The position numbers and the translations under genes are program-made. Below are positions 26,980 through 39,613 of a stretch of 64,000 nucleotides of DNA, one piece after another. The stretch spans positions 36,456,001 through 36,520,000 of the forward strand of contig OX597825.1 in the NCBI GenBank assembly GCA_951406725.2, written 5' to 3'. How positions within the stretch are numbered: position 1 is the stretch's first letter; each line of letters begins with the position of its first letter. The notes under the pieces are model-generated. The model was given only the letters and a program-made list of their open reading frames with translations. It was not told where the DNA came from and did no database searches. Source of the DNA: Octopus vulgaris (lineage: Eukaryota).

Positions 26980-27560
26980 AAGGCGGCGAGCCGGCAGAAT
27001 GGTTAGCACGCCGGGCGAAACACTTAGCGGTATTTCGTCTGCCGCTATGTTCTGAGTTCAAATTCCGCCGAGGTCGACTTTGCCTTTTCGCGGTCGATAA
27101 ATTAAGTACTAGTTACGCACTGGGGTCGATGTAATCAACTTAATCCGTTTGTCTGTCCTTGTTTGTCCTCTCTGTGTTTAGCCTCTTATGGGTAGTAAAG
27201 AAATAGGTATTTCGTCTGCCGCTGCGTTCTGAGTTCAAATTCCGCCGAGGTCGACTTTGCCTTTCATCCTTACGGGGTCGATAAATTAAGTACCAGTTAC
27301 GCACTGGGGTCGATATAATCGACTTAATCCGTCTGTCTGTCTTTGTTTGTCTCCTCTGTGTTTAGCCCCTTGTGAGTAGTAAATAAATAGGTATTTCTTC
27401 TGGTTATGTGTTCTGAGTTCAAATTCCGCAGAGGTCTACTCTTGTTTTCGACTTTTCGGGGTCGATAAAATAAGTACTAGCTGGGCACCGGGGTCGACGT
27501 AGTCGACTTACACCGCCCCCGAAATTGCTGGCCTTATTCCAAAATTTGAAACCAATATCT
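26980..27560 (+). mobile_element. SINE family A concatemer: one head plus three tandem cores
   Basis: ggtatttc..ttctgagttcaaattccg recurs at about 27029, 27206 and 27390, joined by gtagtaaaNaaatag. Confidence 0.9.
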
Positions 27561-28546
27561 ATAAAATGCAAGGAATCGAGCTTGTAGAATCGTTTGCACG
27601 CTGGAAGAATTGGTTAACATCATTTCTTCTGGCTTTGTGTTCTGATTTCAAATTCCACCGAGACCGATTTTGCCTTTCATCCTTTCAAAATCGATAAAAG
27701 AAGTACCAGCTGAACACTGGGGTGAATATAATCGACTAACCTCTTCCCCAAAATGTAGATGAATGACAAATACATTACCACCAACAATAACGACACTACT
27801 AAAAACAATGGAGAGGACCCTATGTGGTCGTTGTATCTGTTAGAAAAAGCAACTAAATCTCTCTGAACTTACAGCTTACTGTCTTAAAAAAAAACATAGA
27901 CAGAGCCACTAAGAGAGATTTTTCAAGGTGAAACGAAGTTGCTTTTGAGCTCCATTTGCGAAGTGGATGGGTCTCCTTTACCTCAGAAATTCACGAAGCC
28001 CTTTATGTTTCCACATCTCTCTATAAGTCCCTGTATCTATGCGTCACTTGAACCCCAAATTGAAAGGCTCTGAGGAAAGACGTAGTGAATAATGCAGGTA
28101 CCGGATATACTATGTCTTTATAAAAGAGATGATATTAAACAGTTGTTTATCATAAATTTGTTTAATCCAGAAAACCTAATGTTAAGCAGCAACAGCAGCG
28201 ATAGTTACATGAGTCAGTTTGGTGACCTTGATTTGTTAAAAGTAGCAGCCAAATTTCCCTCAAATCATATCCTACTGTCTCAGAAAGTTAAGCTCGCTTT
28301 TGATAATGCTGACTTGGATAAACAAAAATACTATAGCGGATGAGAACTCTTTGATTGCATGTCTGTTCGATTAGCGCTGATATGGGGTAGGACATATTCT
28401 GGGTCCAGGAATAAAAAAATCTGCGACATATATATATACATCCTTTATCTTTTTTTCTATTTCAGTCATTAAACCCCAGTACTTATTTTTTTAAAGCCTG
28501 ATACTTTATTCTATCGGAAATCTTTTCGCCGAACCGCTAAGTTACA

Positions 28547-28587
<41 letters not shown>

Positions 28588-29904
28588 TGTTAACGGCTCA
28601 AAGTGTATATTGGCCGGGGTCCACGGAGGTTCATGGCAACTGTCAATGAAGGTATAAAGTGTCGTATCTGACTTTTCAGATATGGCGACAGTATGCAAAG
28701 TGCATCAGAAACAATAATAAAATAATAATGTCAACGTCTCAACAGCATAAATGCGGGGGAAATATCGTACAAACGAAAATACTAACAGAAAGACGAAATA
28801 GAAGACCATGCTGATGCATTAAGTTTCATACAAAATAAGGCCTGACTGCACCATGGTGTCTGTAAAAGACATAGAAAGTGCGGTAAGATATTAAAAAGTA
28901 AGGAGGGTGTTACACTCCCTAACGTAGTTCTGGAAAAATACTAAGTAATGTAGTTAGTATAATAAACGTATTGTTGCCTCTCCGTGAGAATAAGGAAACT
29001 AAAAGTAGGGCGGAGACAGACTTTGAGTTGTCAATGAAGGACCTAAGACCACACATAAAGCGTGTGAAGTGGGAGGTCTCTCTTTCGGTGTAATAAAGGG
29101 TTTTATTTAATATATATGAGGAAGCAAAAGATTGCAGAAAATACATGTTAGTAATTCTGTGTAAAAAGAAAAGGTTTGTGTGGAATTTGATGAAATATTT
29201 GGAGCAAGTATTGAACACAAAACGTGGATTAAGTGCGAAAATACAAATGAAGTGAGCACGAACGAGGTTGCAATTGAGAAAGTCAGGTCTAATAGAGATA
29301 TTCTCTTTATAAAATGGTCGGTAACGATGAACGATATATACAAGTTAGATATATTGTACAGTTGAAGTCCCATGGAGACTAACAACTACCAAAGACGGTA
29401 ACAAGTACATTAGAATCGAAAAGACTGAACGCCAAAAGCAAGATACCTATTTGGATAGAAAAAGTTGAAGCGCTTCCTCCACGAATGTGTGTGTGTGTGT
29501 GTGTGTGTGTAAGTGTCTATATATGTGTGTATGTGTGTATATATATATGCGTGTTTGTGTATAAATATATATGTTCATATACATACACGCACACACACAC
29601 ATACATATATATGTATATTTGGTATATATGTGTATGTATGTGTGTGTGTATTCGTCCGTGTCCGACTGTCTTCCAGACGAAATTTTACAGACAAAATCGT
29701 TGGTAACCTTATTCTCTCGTATAAAATGCTTTTCAAAGATGCTGTACTTTGAGATCGAACCCGGAACCACGAAGTTGCGAAGCATACTTCTTTGCAAGAC
29801 AAATATGTCTACAACTGTATATACGTGCATGGTATGCTTGTGTATACATGCGTGTGTAGAGGGGGTTGTGTTTGTCTGGTTGAGTGTGGTTGTGTATCTA
29901 TGCA

Positions 29905-30250
29905 CGAGTGGCTGTGTTGTAAGAAACTTGCTCCCCAGCCACGTAGTTCCCGGTTCAGTCCCACTGCGTGGCACCTTGGGCAAGTGTCTTCTACTATAGC
30001 CTCGGACCAACCTTGTCAGTGGATTTGGTGGACAGAAACTGAAAGAAGCCCGTCGTGAATATGTTGTGTGTGTGTGTGTGTGTGTATCTGTGTTTGTCTC
30101 CCCACCACCACCACCACCACCACCACTGCTTGATAACCAGTGTTGGTGCGTTTAAGTCCCCGTGACTGAGCGCTTCGGCAAAAGACTAAAAGTTCTTCAA
30201 TACGGCGCACCATCATAGCTGCTGTCTAATGACTGAAACAAATAAAAGAT
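29905..30250 (+). mobile_element. SINE family B copy
   Basis: gagtggctgtgttgtaagaaacttgc..cggttcagtcccactgcgtggcaccttgggcaagtgtc..tail. Confidence 0.88.
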
Positions 30251-31220
30251 GAAAAAGAAAGAGCAATATGATAAACTGTTAACCGGAATTACAATAACAG
30301 CAAGAACATCAACTTGAAAAGGTCAACCAATAAATAAACAAGGCCGAATAGATACCACATATGCAAGTAAACTATTTCTATACATTCACTAAAGACAGCC
30401 ACTGTACCTGTAGCGTTAGGTAATGACCTGACTTTAGAATTGAAAATGTATGTTTCAATGTTGTTGATTCCGTCTATGAACAGACATGTAAATTCACACG
30501 TAGGTTAAGAAATCAATATGTGAGTGTGTGTGTGTGTGTGTGTGCGCGCCCGTAAGTGTGTTTGTGTGTGAAAACATGAAAATACAATTATACATCGGAA
30601 TTTAAAGACAAACTTCAGCTGGTAGCTACGATAGAGTACACGAAGTACAAAGCATATCTGAGATTGACTGTAGTGCTAAAGTGCAAAAGGTTGGGTCATA
30701 ATAACGAAGGTCAAGTGATAATGTGTCAAATACTAACTAATCGAAAGGTGGTGCTGTTGTAAGTGTTCACTTGCCTCTATCTAATACCTGGAAGTTTATT
30801 ACTCCGACCGGATATTGTGTGCATGTACGTTAAAAATGGGGAAAAGGTTGAATCATTGCAAGGTAGCGTGGAGAAAGTGTTACAAAAACAATAAGGCTGA
30901 TGGTTGCAAAAGTATGAGAAGCATTGCTCTGCATTATTGCCATCTCAACTAAAATAACCCCCACCCCACCCACCATCCCACATATTCCATCACACACTCA
31001 CCCATACAAACACTTTCTGAAAGCGAACCCCAATTAAAAATGATAACCTCAAGAAAAACGGTGTATGTATAAATGTATGCGTTGTCTATATGAAAGACCT
31101 GGGGTAGATTTCTTCGACTAAAAAAAAAACCCTTTTAAGGCGGTGCTCCAGCATGGCCGCAGTCAAACAACTTAAACAAGTAAAAGAAGGGAATGAAAAA
31201 ATAAGCAAATAAAAATGAAG

Positions 31221-31362
31221 CTAAAAACGAAACCCACATCTTCGCCTTTGTGTCTCCTTTGATCCCTGATTGTGAACACAAAGACTTCTTAGAGCCCATA
31301 GTTTGTTTGGAAGGATGAGAAGGCTTGGCGTGGTTAATGTGAGAAATAGCAAGTAATGTAAG
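31221..31362 (-). CDS. Candidate terminal exon (phase 2): (S)LHYLLFLTLTTPSLLILPNKLWALRSLCVHNQGSKETQRRRCGFRF*
   Basis: Strong T-tract ending tgtcatgtatcag|; the phase-0 frame is also open. Confidence 0.2.
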
Positions 31363-31550
31363 CTGATACATGACAGAAGTATAAAAAAAAAAGAATAAAA
31401 AGAAAAAAAGAAATTTCTTCTCCTGTGAAAGCTCTTTCGAATAAACCACTGCGTGTAATTTTTTTAATGACTTATAAGAGGAAGGTCAGCGCCGATGACC
31501 TTTGAGGAGTTTTGTGACAACGAGTGAGGGGGAGAGGGAGAAAGTTATCA

Positions 31551-31662
31551 TCAAAACTGAGATCTGGCTTGAATCATTGCAGTTAAAGGCACCCAGGGGC
31601 TGTATGATGCTGTTCGACTGGGTGACTGCTTGAATTCGCTACCCAAGTTAAGCGTTGAATAA
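31551..31662 (-). CDS. Candidate terminal exon (phase 2): (S)YSTLNLGSEFKQSPSRTASYSPWVPLTAMIQARSQF*
   Basis: Acceptor cattttacag|; GC-richer unique island; ends S-Q-F, class I PDZ-ligand-like; short pyrimidine tract. Confidence 0.3.
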
Positions 31663-32018
31663 CTGTAAAATGTCCTCTCTCTCTCTTTCTCTTTCAAAGG
31701 AGTATAGGTATACCTCAACTTACGTACAAGCATACCTTAAATTTACATCGGTAATCGGTTTCGAGATATAAGACTTAATTCGGAAAACGATGTAACATAA
31801 ACCATCTTTATTTTTATATCTTTTTTACTCGTTTCTAACATTAGACTGCGGCCATGCTGGGGCACTGCACTGAAGAAATTTAGTCAAACTTATCGAACCC
31901 AGTACTTGTTATTTTTTGTAAAGCCTGGTACTTATTCTATCAGTCTGTTTTACTAGAAAGACAAACACAGACACAATGAACACACGCACACACACACTAT
32001 ACATACATACATACATAC

Positions 32019-32049
<31 letters not shown>

Positions 32050-32296
32050 TATATACATACACATATATATATATATATTGTACTACTGCACAATATTTCT
32101 TAGCAACAATAGGTGGCGCAAATTATTTTTGCAACTAAATATTGTCAATGAATCTCGCAATGCACCCAATACATTTGGTATACACTTTGTTTTAAAGACT
32201 GCAATGAATTCCTTCTGGTAGCCTACATTCGGTTGAAATCCATCAGTTGCAACTGTCATTATATTTATAAGTGGAATCTTTTTCCTATTTTTTCTC

Positions 32297-32490
32297 CGGC
32301 GGTGTATATTTCGTTTGTCACGGTTTTTTTAACAACCCTAACCCAACCCTAAAACCCTAATCCTAACCCCAAAACCATAACCCTAACACCCTAGCCCTAA
32401 AACCCTAGCCCCAACCCTAAAACCTTAAAACGAGTACAAACGCACGAACGATGTCATAAATAACCGTGACAAACGAAAAATACACCGCCG
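32297..32490. mobile_element. Inverted-repeat module (29-bp arms) enclosing degenerate (CCCTAA)n
   Basis: cggcggtgtatatttcgtttgtcacggtt ... aaccgtgacaaacgaaaaatacaccgccg (1 mismatch). Confidence 0.85.
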
Positions 32491-32659
32491 ATAGTTGTTG
32501 TTGACAAACAACGGCAGTAATTTTATTCAGCTGAATACACGTCATTGATAGGTTGAAATTACCGAAATACGTGAACTTTAACGTGAAATAACTTCGTAAA
32601 TAAGTTTTTCTCAAAAATACTAAGAGTAAAAAATGTTTTGTATGACACATTCTACCAAT

Positions 32660-34750
32660 TTTGAAGAAATTAAGAAACTAGAGGGAAAAAAAGAAAGAAA
32701 TTAGAAGAGATTCGTAAAGTAAAAATGCAGGGCATTATAATTCGCTCAAGGGCCAAGTGGATAGATGAAGGGGAGAAGGTTAGCCGTTATCTTTGCAATT
32801 TAGAAAATATGAATTTTGTAAGCAAAGGCATAGCCCAGTTAGAGCTAGACAATGGATCTGCTGTAGAAAATACAAAAGATATTGTTTTTGAAGCAACATC
32901 ATTTGACGAAAGATTGTATTCTTCCAAGGAACATGTATTGAAGGATTGTGATCTTGATGAACTTTTTTTTCTGAAGAGATTTGTATAGTCTTAGTATGGG
33001 AGATTCTGACTCATTGGAAGGCCCAGTAACTCAAGACGAACTTTTGAAATGTTTGAAAAAGGCAAAGAACAATAAAAGTCCAGGTTATTGAGATTCAAGT
33101 AATAATCAACAGATGGATGAAAAAAAAAATTACACCACCTTCTAGAATTGCTGTTATAAAATCACTGCTCATTTCAAAATTGAACTCTCTCTTCCTTACA
33201 CTCCCAAATTCAACGGGTAAATTTCTCCAGGAATTAACGAAAATATTATTTAAATTTCTCTGACGTGGAAAACTTGATAAAATTGAGAGAGTTATTGCTT
33301 GTAAGCTTGTTAAAGAAAATGGACTTGGTATGGTGGAAACTTCTGCTTATGTCAGCTCTTTAAAGCTATCCTGGATGAGAAAGTTGTTAGATATTGATTA
33401 TGAATCCAATTTCTTTACTACCCACAAGGGGCTAAACACAGAGAGGACAAACAAGGACAGACAAACGAATTAAGTCGATTATACCGACCCCAGTGCGTAA
33501 CCGGTACTTATTTAAACGACCCCGAAAGGAAGAAAGGCAAAGTCGACCTCGGCGGAATTTGAACTCAGAACGTAGCGGCAGACCGCTAAGCATTTCGTCC
33601 GCCTTAATTATGAATCCAAATGGAAACAGTAGTGCTATACATCCTCCCCAAAACTGAAAAATTTAGCTGTGTTTGGTAACGTTTTTCCGAATAAACTCGC
33701 CAAGGATATCAAGAAAGATTTTTGGCATGATTATATTTCTGCTTTTGATAAGTTTACAAATAAGACAGAGCCTAATTCATTTGATAAATTTATATCAGAA
33801 CCAATTTACTATAATAAACACTTAAAAGTCGGTAAAGAGGTAATCTTTTTTTCTGCGTGGTTTGAAAGAGTTGTTAAGCAGATTCGTGATTTTATCAACT
33901 TACATGGATCATATCACACTCTTGAAATTTTCCAGAATGTTTTTGAACTAGGTACAAATTTTCTTCAGTATAGTGGTCTTATCAGGGCCATTAAAGGCTA
34001 CCAAGCAAGGTTAAAGATAAACAAACCTACTTCTTTTCAACAATTAGATGATAATAGTTATCCGAAGGCTCATGTCTGTAAAGAAATGAGCCAAACGGTA
34101 TTGCTGTGTCTTAATTTGATATTTGTTTAAAATTCAAACATAAATGGGAAGAGTGTATGCTTGCTAAACTGGAATGGGAAAAATAGTTGTATTACCTGTA
34201 AAGACCACAACGGATACTAAATTGCGATGGTTTCAATTCAGAATTATACATAATATTTTAACAACTAATTCTCTCCTATTTAACATCAAACCTGTGCACT
34301 TTTTGACAACGTGAACTAGAGACAGTATCACACCTGTTTTTGGTATTGTGGACACGTACAAGCCTTTTGGCAATGCTTCCTAGATCTGCTACTTGAAAAA
34401 TGCCTAAATGTTCGCAACATGAACTTTCACCCATAGCTTATTGTGTTCGAGTTAAGAAAGAACACATATACCGATAGTATCCTTGACTTCATTTTTTTTT
34501 CATTTTCATCTAGTTTCAGCTCACGAGCTGTGGCCATGCTGGGGCACCGCCATTCTTGCTAATATTACAAGCAAAATTTTTTATACATAAAAGCAAAGTA
34601 TCACATACCATACTTAGCCTCAAGCATTTTAGATGCTTTGTTCAGGACAAGTATCTTATTGAAAAATAAACATATCTTACAATAAAAGTAAACAAGATGA
34701 GTTTTATAAGAAGTGGATGCTCTACCATAAGTTTGCAAATGTGAAGTAAT
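32660..34750 (+). pseudogene. Tx1/L1-clade LINE ORF2, 5'-truncated, with most of the RT deleted
   Basis: GIIIRSRAKWIDEGEK..YLCNLE linker, NNKSPG, KLSWMRKL, and the C-terminal zinc-finger region TKLRWFQFRIIHNILTTN..CTF..ETVSHLFW/YC; many stops. Confidence 0.88.
33410..33606 (-). mobile_element. SINE family A inserted in the LINE, 13-bp TSD
   Basis: TSD attatgaatccaa at 33397-33409 and 33607-33619. Confidence 0.92.
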
Positions 34751-35451
34751 CCTCTATTGTTACTGCTTGTGGCACCATAGGTGCATACTATAACTCATAT
34801 TTTATGAGTGATCGGTGATTGGATGTGTAGTAGTGAGTAGTCTTTTTTTTAAAATTCTCTCTTTCTTCTTTTTCTCGCTTTCCGTTTTTTAAAAAAAGTC
34901 CTATTCTCCATTTATTTTTATACAAGATTTCACAGTCCCCTGGCTAATTTGTCTTCAATTATAACAGGAAAAACAAGAAACAAAAGATGTTAAAAAAAAT
35001 AACTAGTTATTTTCTCTCTTTTCATAAACCGAAAGTAAGCGAACAGTAAAACTTCGACTAAAGTTGATTCATTCAGTAATAACGAAAACAGGATTACCTC
35101 AAAAAAATTGCACAATATACCTTCCTTTTCTTTGCATATTTTGTCAATTCGTTAGATAGTGTAACTGAATTTGACAATCAATAAAGTGATTTTGTAAAGC
35201 GAATGAAACCCCTCGTTTTCTTCCACTGATGCGGACAAAACGTAGTTGACAATATCGGTTGTGTGCAAAGCTATGCATTAAAATAAGATAAATTCTGTAA
35301 TTTTTTTTTTCCGTTGAAATATTTTAATGTTGAATGTTTCATAAATCCAAAGGGAAACACCTTTTGGAAAATGGGCGTATTAAGATTGTTTATAGATGAC
35401 GGAACAATGCCACATCAATACTGTTGTGCAATGGTTATACCTATAAAATAT

Positions 35452-35490
<39 letters not shown>

Positions 35491-35809
35491 CTATTTCAAA
35501 ACCGTCTGGTTCCTCTAGTGGTCACAATTATTACAAGGAAGATAATCATGTCTTTATAATATTTTGCGGGATTAGAAATTTGAGTTTGAAAAAAAAAAAT
35601 TAAGAGGCAAAGAATGCATATTATATAATATTATATATTAATCAATAAAAGATGTTTCGATTATCCTTAGAGGCTCCCCTGTATCATTTGGACTGCTTCA
35701 CTATCATCCTTTTTAAAAATTTCAACTGTTGTATTCTATGTATACTTCCCTTATCATTTCATTTTATGTAAAACCCCACGTCTTATGTCTGACCCACACA
35801 TCCTCCACC

Positions 35810-35822
35810 ATTATTATTATTA

Positions 35823-35911
<89 letters not shown>

Positions 35912-35913
35912 TG

Positions 35914-35988
<75 letters not shown>

Positions 35989-36000
35989 TATTATTATTAT
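35810..36000. repeat. (TTA)n microsatellite
   Basis: Direct reading. Confidence 0.95.
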
Positions 36001-36004
36001 TTTC

Positions 36005-36265
36005 TCTTTATCACAAGTTTTGTTGGAGCTCCTGGAGTCTTGCATGCGTAAGCAAGCTTACTACCTGCAGCCCACGGTACCATGCTATTTATTCTTTTCA
36101 GTTATCTAATGCTTACCTGATTATTCTGGCCGTGCCAAGGAGGTAGACCTTTTGTAACATTTCTACTGGGCACTCTATGCCAGTTTCCTTTATATTTCTC
36201 TTGATGCATTCTGATACTGTTCCCAAGGATTCAACAATAATTGGTACTATCTTTACCTTCTTCAT
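36005..36265 (-). pseudogene. 3' end of an R4/Dong-like (restriction-like endonuclease) LINE within (TAA)n
   Basis: Minus strand MKKVKIVPIIVESLGTVS..MLQKVYLLGTARIIR matches the 'VPI..GALG.V..LQK..LLGTA.I.R' C-terminus; flanked by TAA repeats, the known Dong target. Confidence 0.7.
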
Positions 36266-36889
36266 ATTATTATTATTTATAATAATCATTAAATAAAATA
36301 CTGCGCTTAACGCATATGAAATTTTTCAAAGACCTACTAATTTGCATTCTTTAACCCTCGCCCTCATCCCCGACCTTGCTTTTGAGTTTTCCAACTCCTA
36401 AATGGGACAATAACCCTCACTTTAGGAATCACTGATATAGAGTTACATATCAGACTCTTGTGAGGCGCCTCTTGGCTATGATAGCGACACCTAAACGTGC
36501 TGCATGACCCTGGTTGGAAAACACAAATCCAGACAGAGTACATTGTAAAGGTCAGACACATGCCGTTGTATCAGAAGCCATGAAATTGCTCAGCAAGACA
36601 ACAGCGTCATACCCATCGAGATGACACTATATATGAGTACTGATTGGGATTCAGCATTCCTTTCAGAGCAGGAATTTCTATGTGTTTTATCAGCATATCA
36701 TAACATCTTTAGCTGTCTTCCAGCATCGCAGCAACTAAATAAACACACTAATACATAACGAAAAGAGTGTATTTTATATTCTATCCATATATGTATGCGT
36801 GTTGTATATATATATATATATATATGTCTGTCTATCTATATGTATATGTCTGTCTGTCTGTCTATGTATGTATGTATGTATGTATCTAT

Positions 36890-36963
<74 letters not shown>

Positions 36964-39551
36964 GTCTGTCTGTCTATGTGGAAATGTCATGATGAATACA
37001 CGACTGTGTTCTAGTTTTATCTTTTATAAAGTCTTTATTTTTCTTCATAGATTCCTATGCGTTATTTGCTTTTTTTATGATGGGGAAATAACGTTCTTAA
37101 ATTTATCATCTGCTGTTGTTTATAGTAAAAAGAGTCAATATGATTGGGACAAACATTACTGCCAATATTCGAAACTTTATACGTCATTAATCACGTGTTT
37201 ATTTCTTCTTTGTTTTCGACCTTATATGTTGTCTGTTTGTTTATTCTGGCATTGTGCTGATTTATGAGTATCGAAAACTTCCATAATTTACCGTCTGTAG
37301 CGCATAGAAGTGTTGTCTACTAATGTTTCCATAATTAGTTTTGCTTTGTGTTGCACATTAAATTTGCTTCTTGTTGTAAGCGCATGATAAATCAGATGTT
37401 GCATTTATGTAGTCAATATAACAGTTGTAGTCGTGAATTTTACCACCTTCGCGTTCACCATTGAATTCATGAATTACATTGATCATTAGTTATTGGTTCG
37501 CGAGTTCGCATGTTTGTACTTTATTATTGTTATTAAAGGTTATAATGTTTGTGCTTCGTAATATACGAACAAAATGCTTAGCGGTATTTTGTCTGTCCTT
37601 AACGTTTTGAGTTCAAATTACCTTTTGTCCTTTCGGATAAGATTTGAAATCAATATATTATTAGTTTATAGTTTCGTATAACGAATATTATTAAATTTTA
37701 TGAAGGTTTGAGAACGTATTCGTGTATTCTTCAGTTATCCTGCATTTAATTCATATAATAATGTGTGTGGTTTGTGCATATATAGAAGGCGTATGATATA
37801 TTTTACATTTCCAGCGTTTTATTTGTGTTGTTATGTAGCTAGATTTAATTATGTACTAGAGTACCCATTGTTGACTCGTGTTTAGTTTATACTGTTGATT
37901 TCTTTATCTAATGCTTTGTTTGTGAAGGAGAAACTAAATTCATTTCTAAGTATGGATTTTTACAACTTATAATTTGTATCGTTGTGGACATTCGCTGTCT
38001 CAGTGTAACTATATGCATTTTGCATTTATTTGTATCATTTTGTCTGTCGAAGGAAGAATGATGTTTTATTGGCAAACAGACTTCCTGCGTCTTAGGCGGA
38101 GATGTTACCGTCTTTATTAGTTTTATTTTCCTTAAGTTCTCTAACGACTCTCCAAATGATCGTATACATTATAAAAATCTCATAAAACGGAACACAAGAT
38201 GCATGGCAACAAACCGTAAGCTAACTCAAATAATATACTTAAAAAAACACTTAAACTGAATTCTTACATAGATATGATCTAGATTCTATAGCTACAGAAT
38301 CCACTAATTTAAATGCTGCTTACGTGCATACGCACAAGATACTACAATTAGATGAACCAACAAAGGAGTCTCTGTGAGGCTACTCGATATGCTGAAAGTA
38401 ACAGTCGAATCTCCCTCAAATCACTCTCCACTATTTAAAAAATGATGCATTAAGAACTCACTCGATAATTTAGCTGAACGCACATTATGTTTGAATAAAT
38501 GGTAGATGGCCGCAGCTGGAGTGATGCCGATTATTTCTGCTTATTCATGTGCTGTATAGACATACTTCGTGTTCTCAAATAAATCATAACTTTTATGTAT
38601 CTTGATAAAGACTCGGTGTCCTTTCATTCGGAAGTTTCCAAGATCAAATTTTGCTCCTGCATTGGCAGTACTGGGGTATCTCGAATAGATGTTGCGCAAG
38701 TGAAAAAAAATCACAATAGATTTTGCGCAAGTGGGTCTCCAGTTCGGGTTACTGTTTCTGCTCTCCTAACCACAGGCCTTTCGTAATCGTAAAAGGATTT
38801 TTGATAAACTTTCTTCAGTTCTGTCGCCTGAGCCAACTTCTTTCCCTCCTCTACTTAATACGCATCAGCTGGCAGAGGCGCTTCTTAACATCATTATAGA
38901 ACAATTCCAATGATAGCTTTTCTCCATAACTTACCTCAATCCACCTACCTTTCAGAAATTTTTTTCTTCCTCCCAACTTCTGTAAGGCAACTCCTGCTTT
39001 TGTTTTTTGGTACATTCGTCTTCTTGTTGTCTCCATTTAATGTGCCAAACATTTCTTCGCCAGTATTTTAGATTGAACTGGAAACGGCAAGTGTCTGGAG
39101 CACTTTCTCTACCATCAGTCCCTTTATTTTGGTCTTCTTTTCTTCATTACTGCATTTCAAATTCCTTGTAGGTGGAGGGTTCATCTACTTTTGACCATCT
39201 TTGCTCGCTTGCCCTCATTGTCTTCTGCAGTTGCGCTAGCCGTATCACTGTGGTTTGTCTCCTGGGTGCGATCAATGCATATCGTCTGATTGGCATTACG
39301 ATTCTGCGTGCGCCATCCTGACTTATGAATCCGAATACCTTTCAGGGTACAAAGCCGCTTTTCACAGCACGTTGATTCAAGCGTTTCTGTGTGGTGTATG
39401 TTCTAATCGTTGTCCTTATCTGCGCCCATCATCATTTTCCGTCTCTAAACATGAACTCCTGTGACCCTTATTCTCCATTGGTTTCCCGAACTTTGTGGGC
39501 ATATTTCTTGATTTGTTTCTATTGCGTTAATATACATACACATGCGTATAT

Positions 39552-39613
<62 letters not shown>

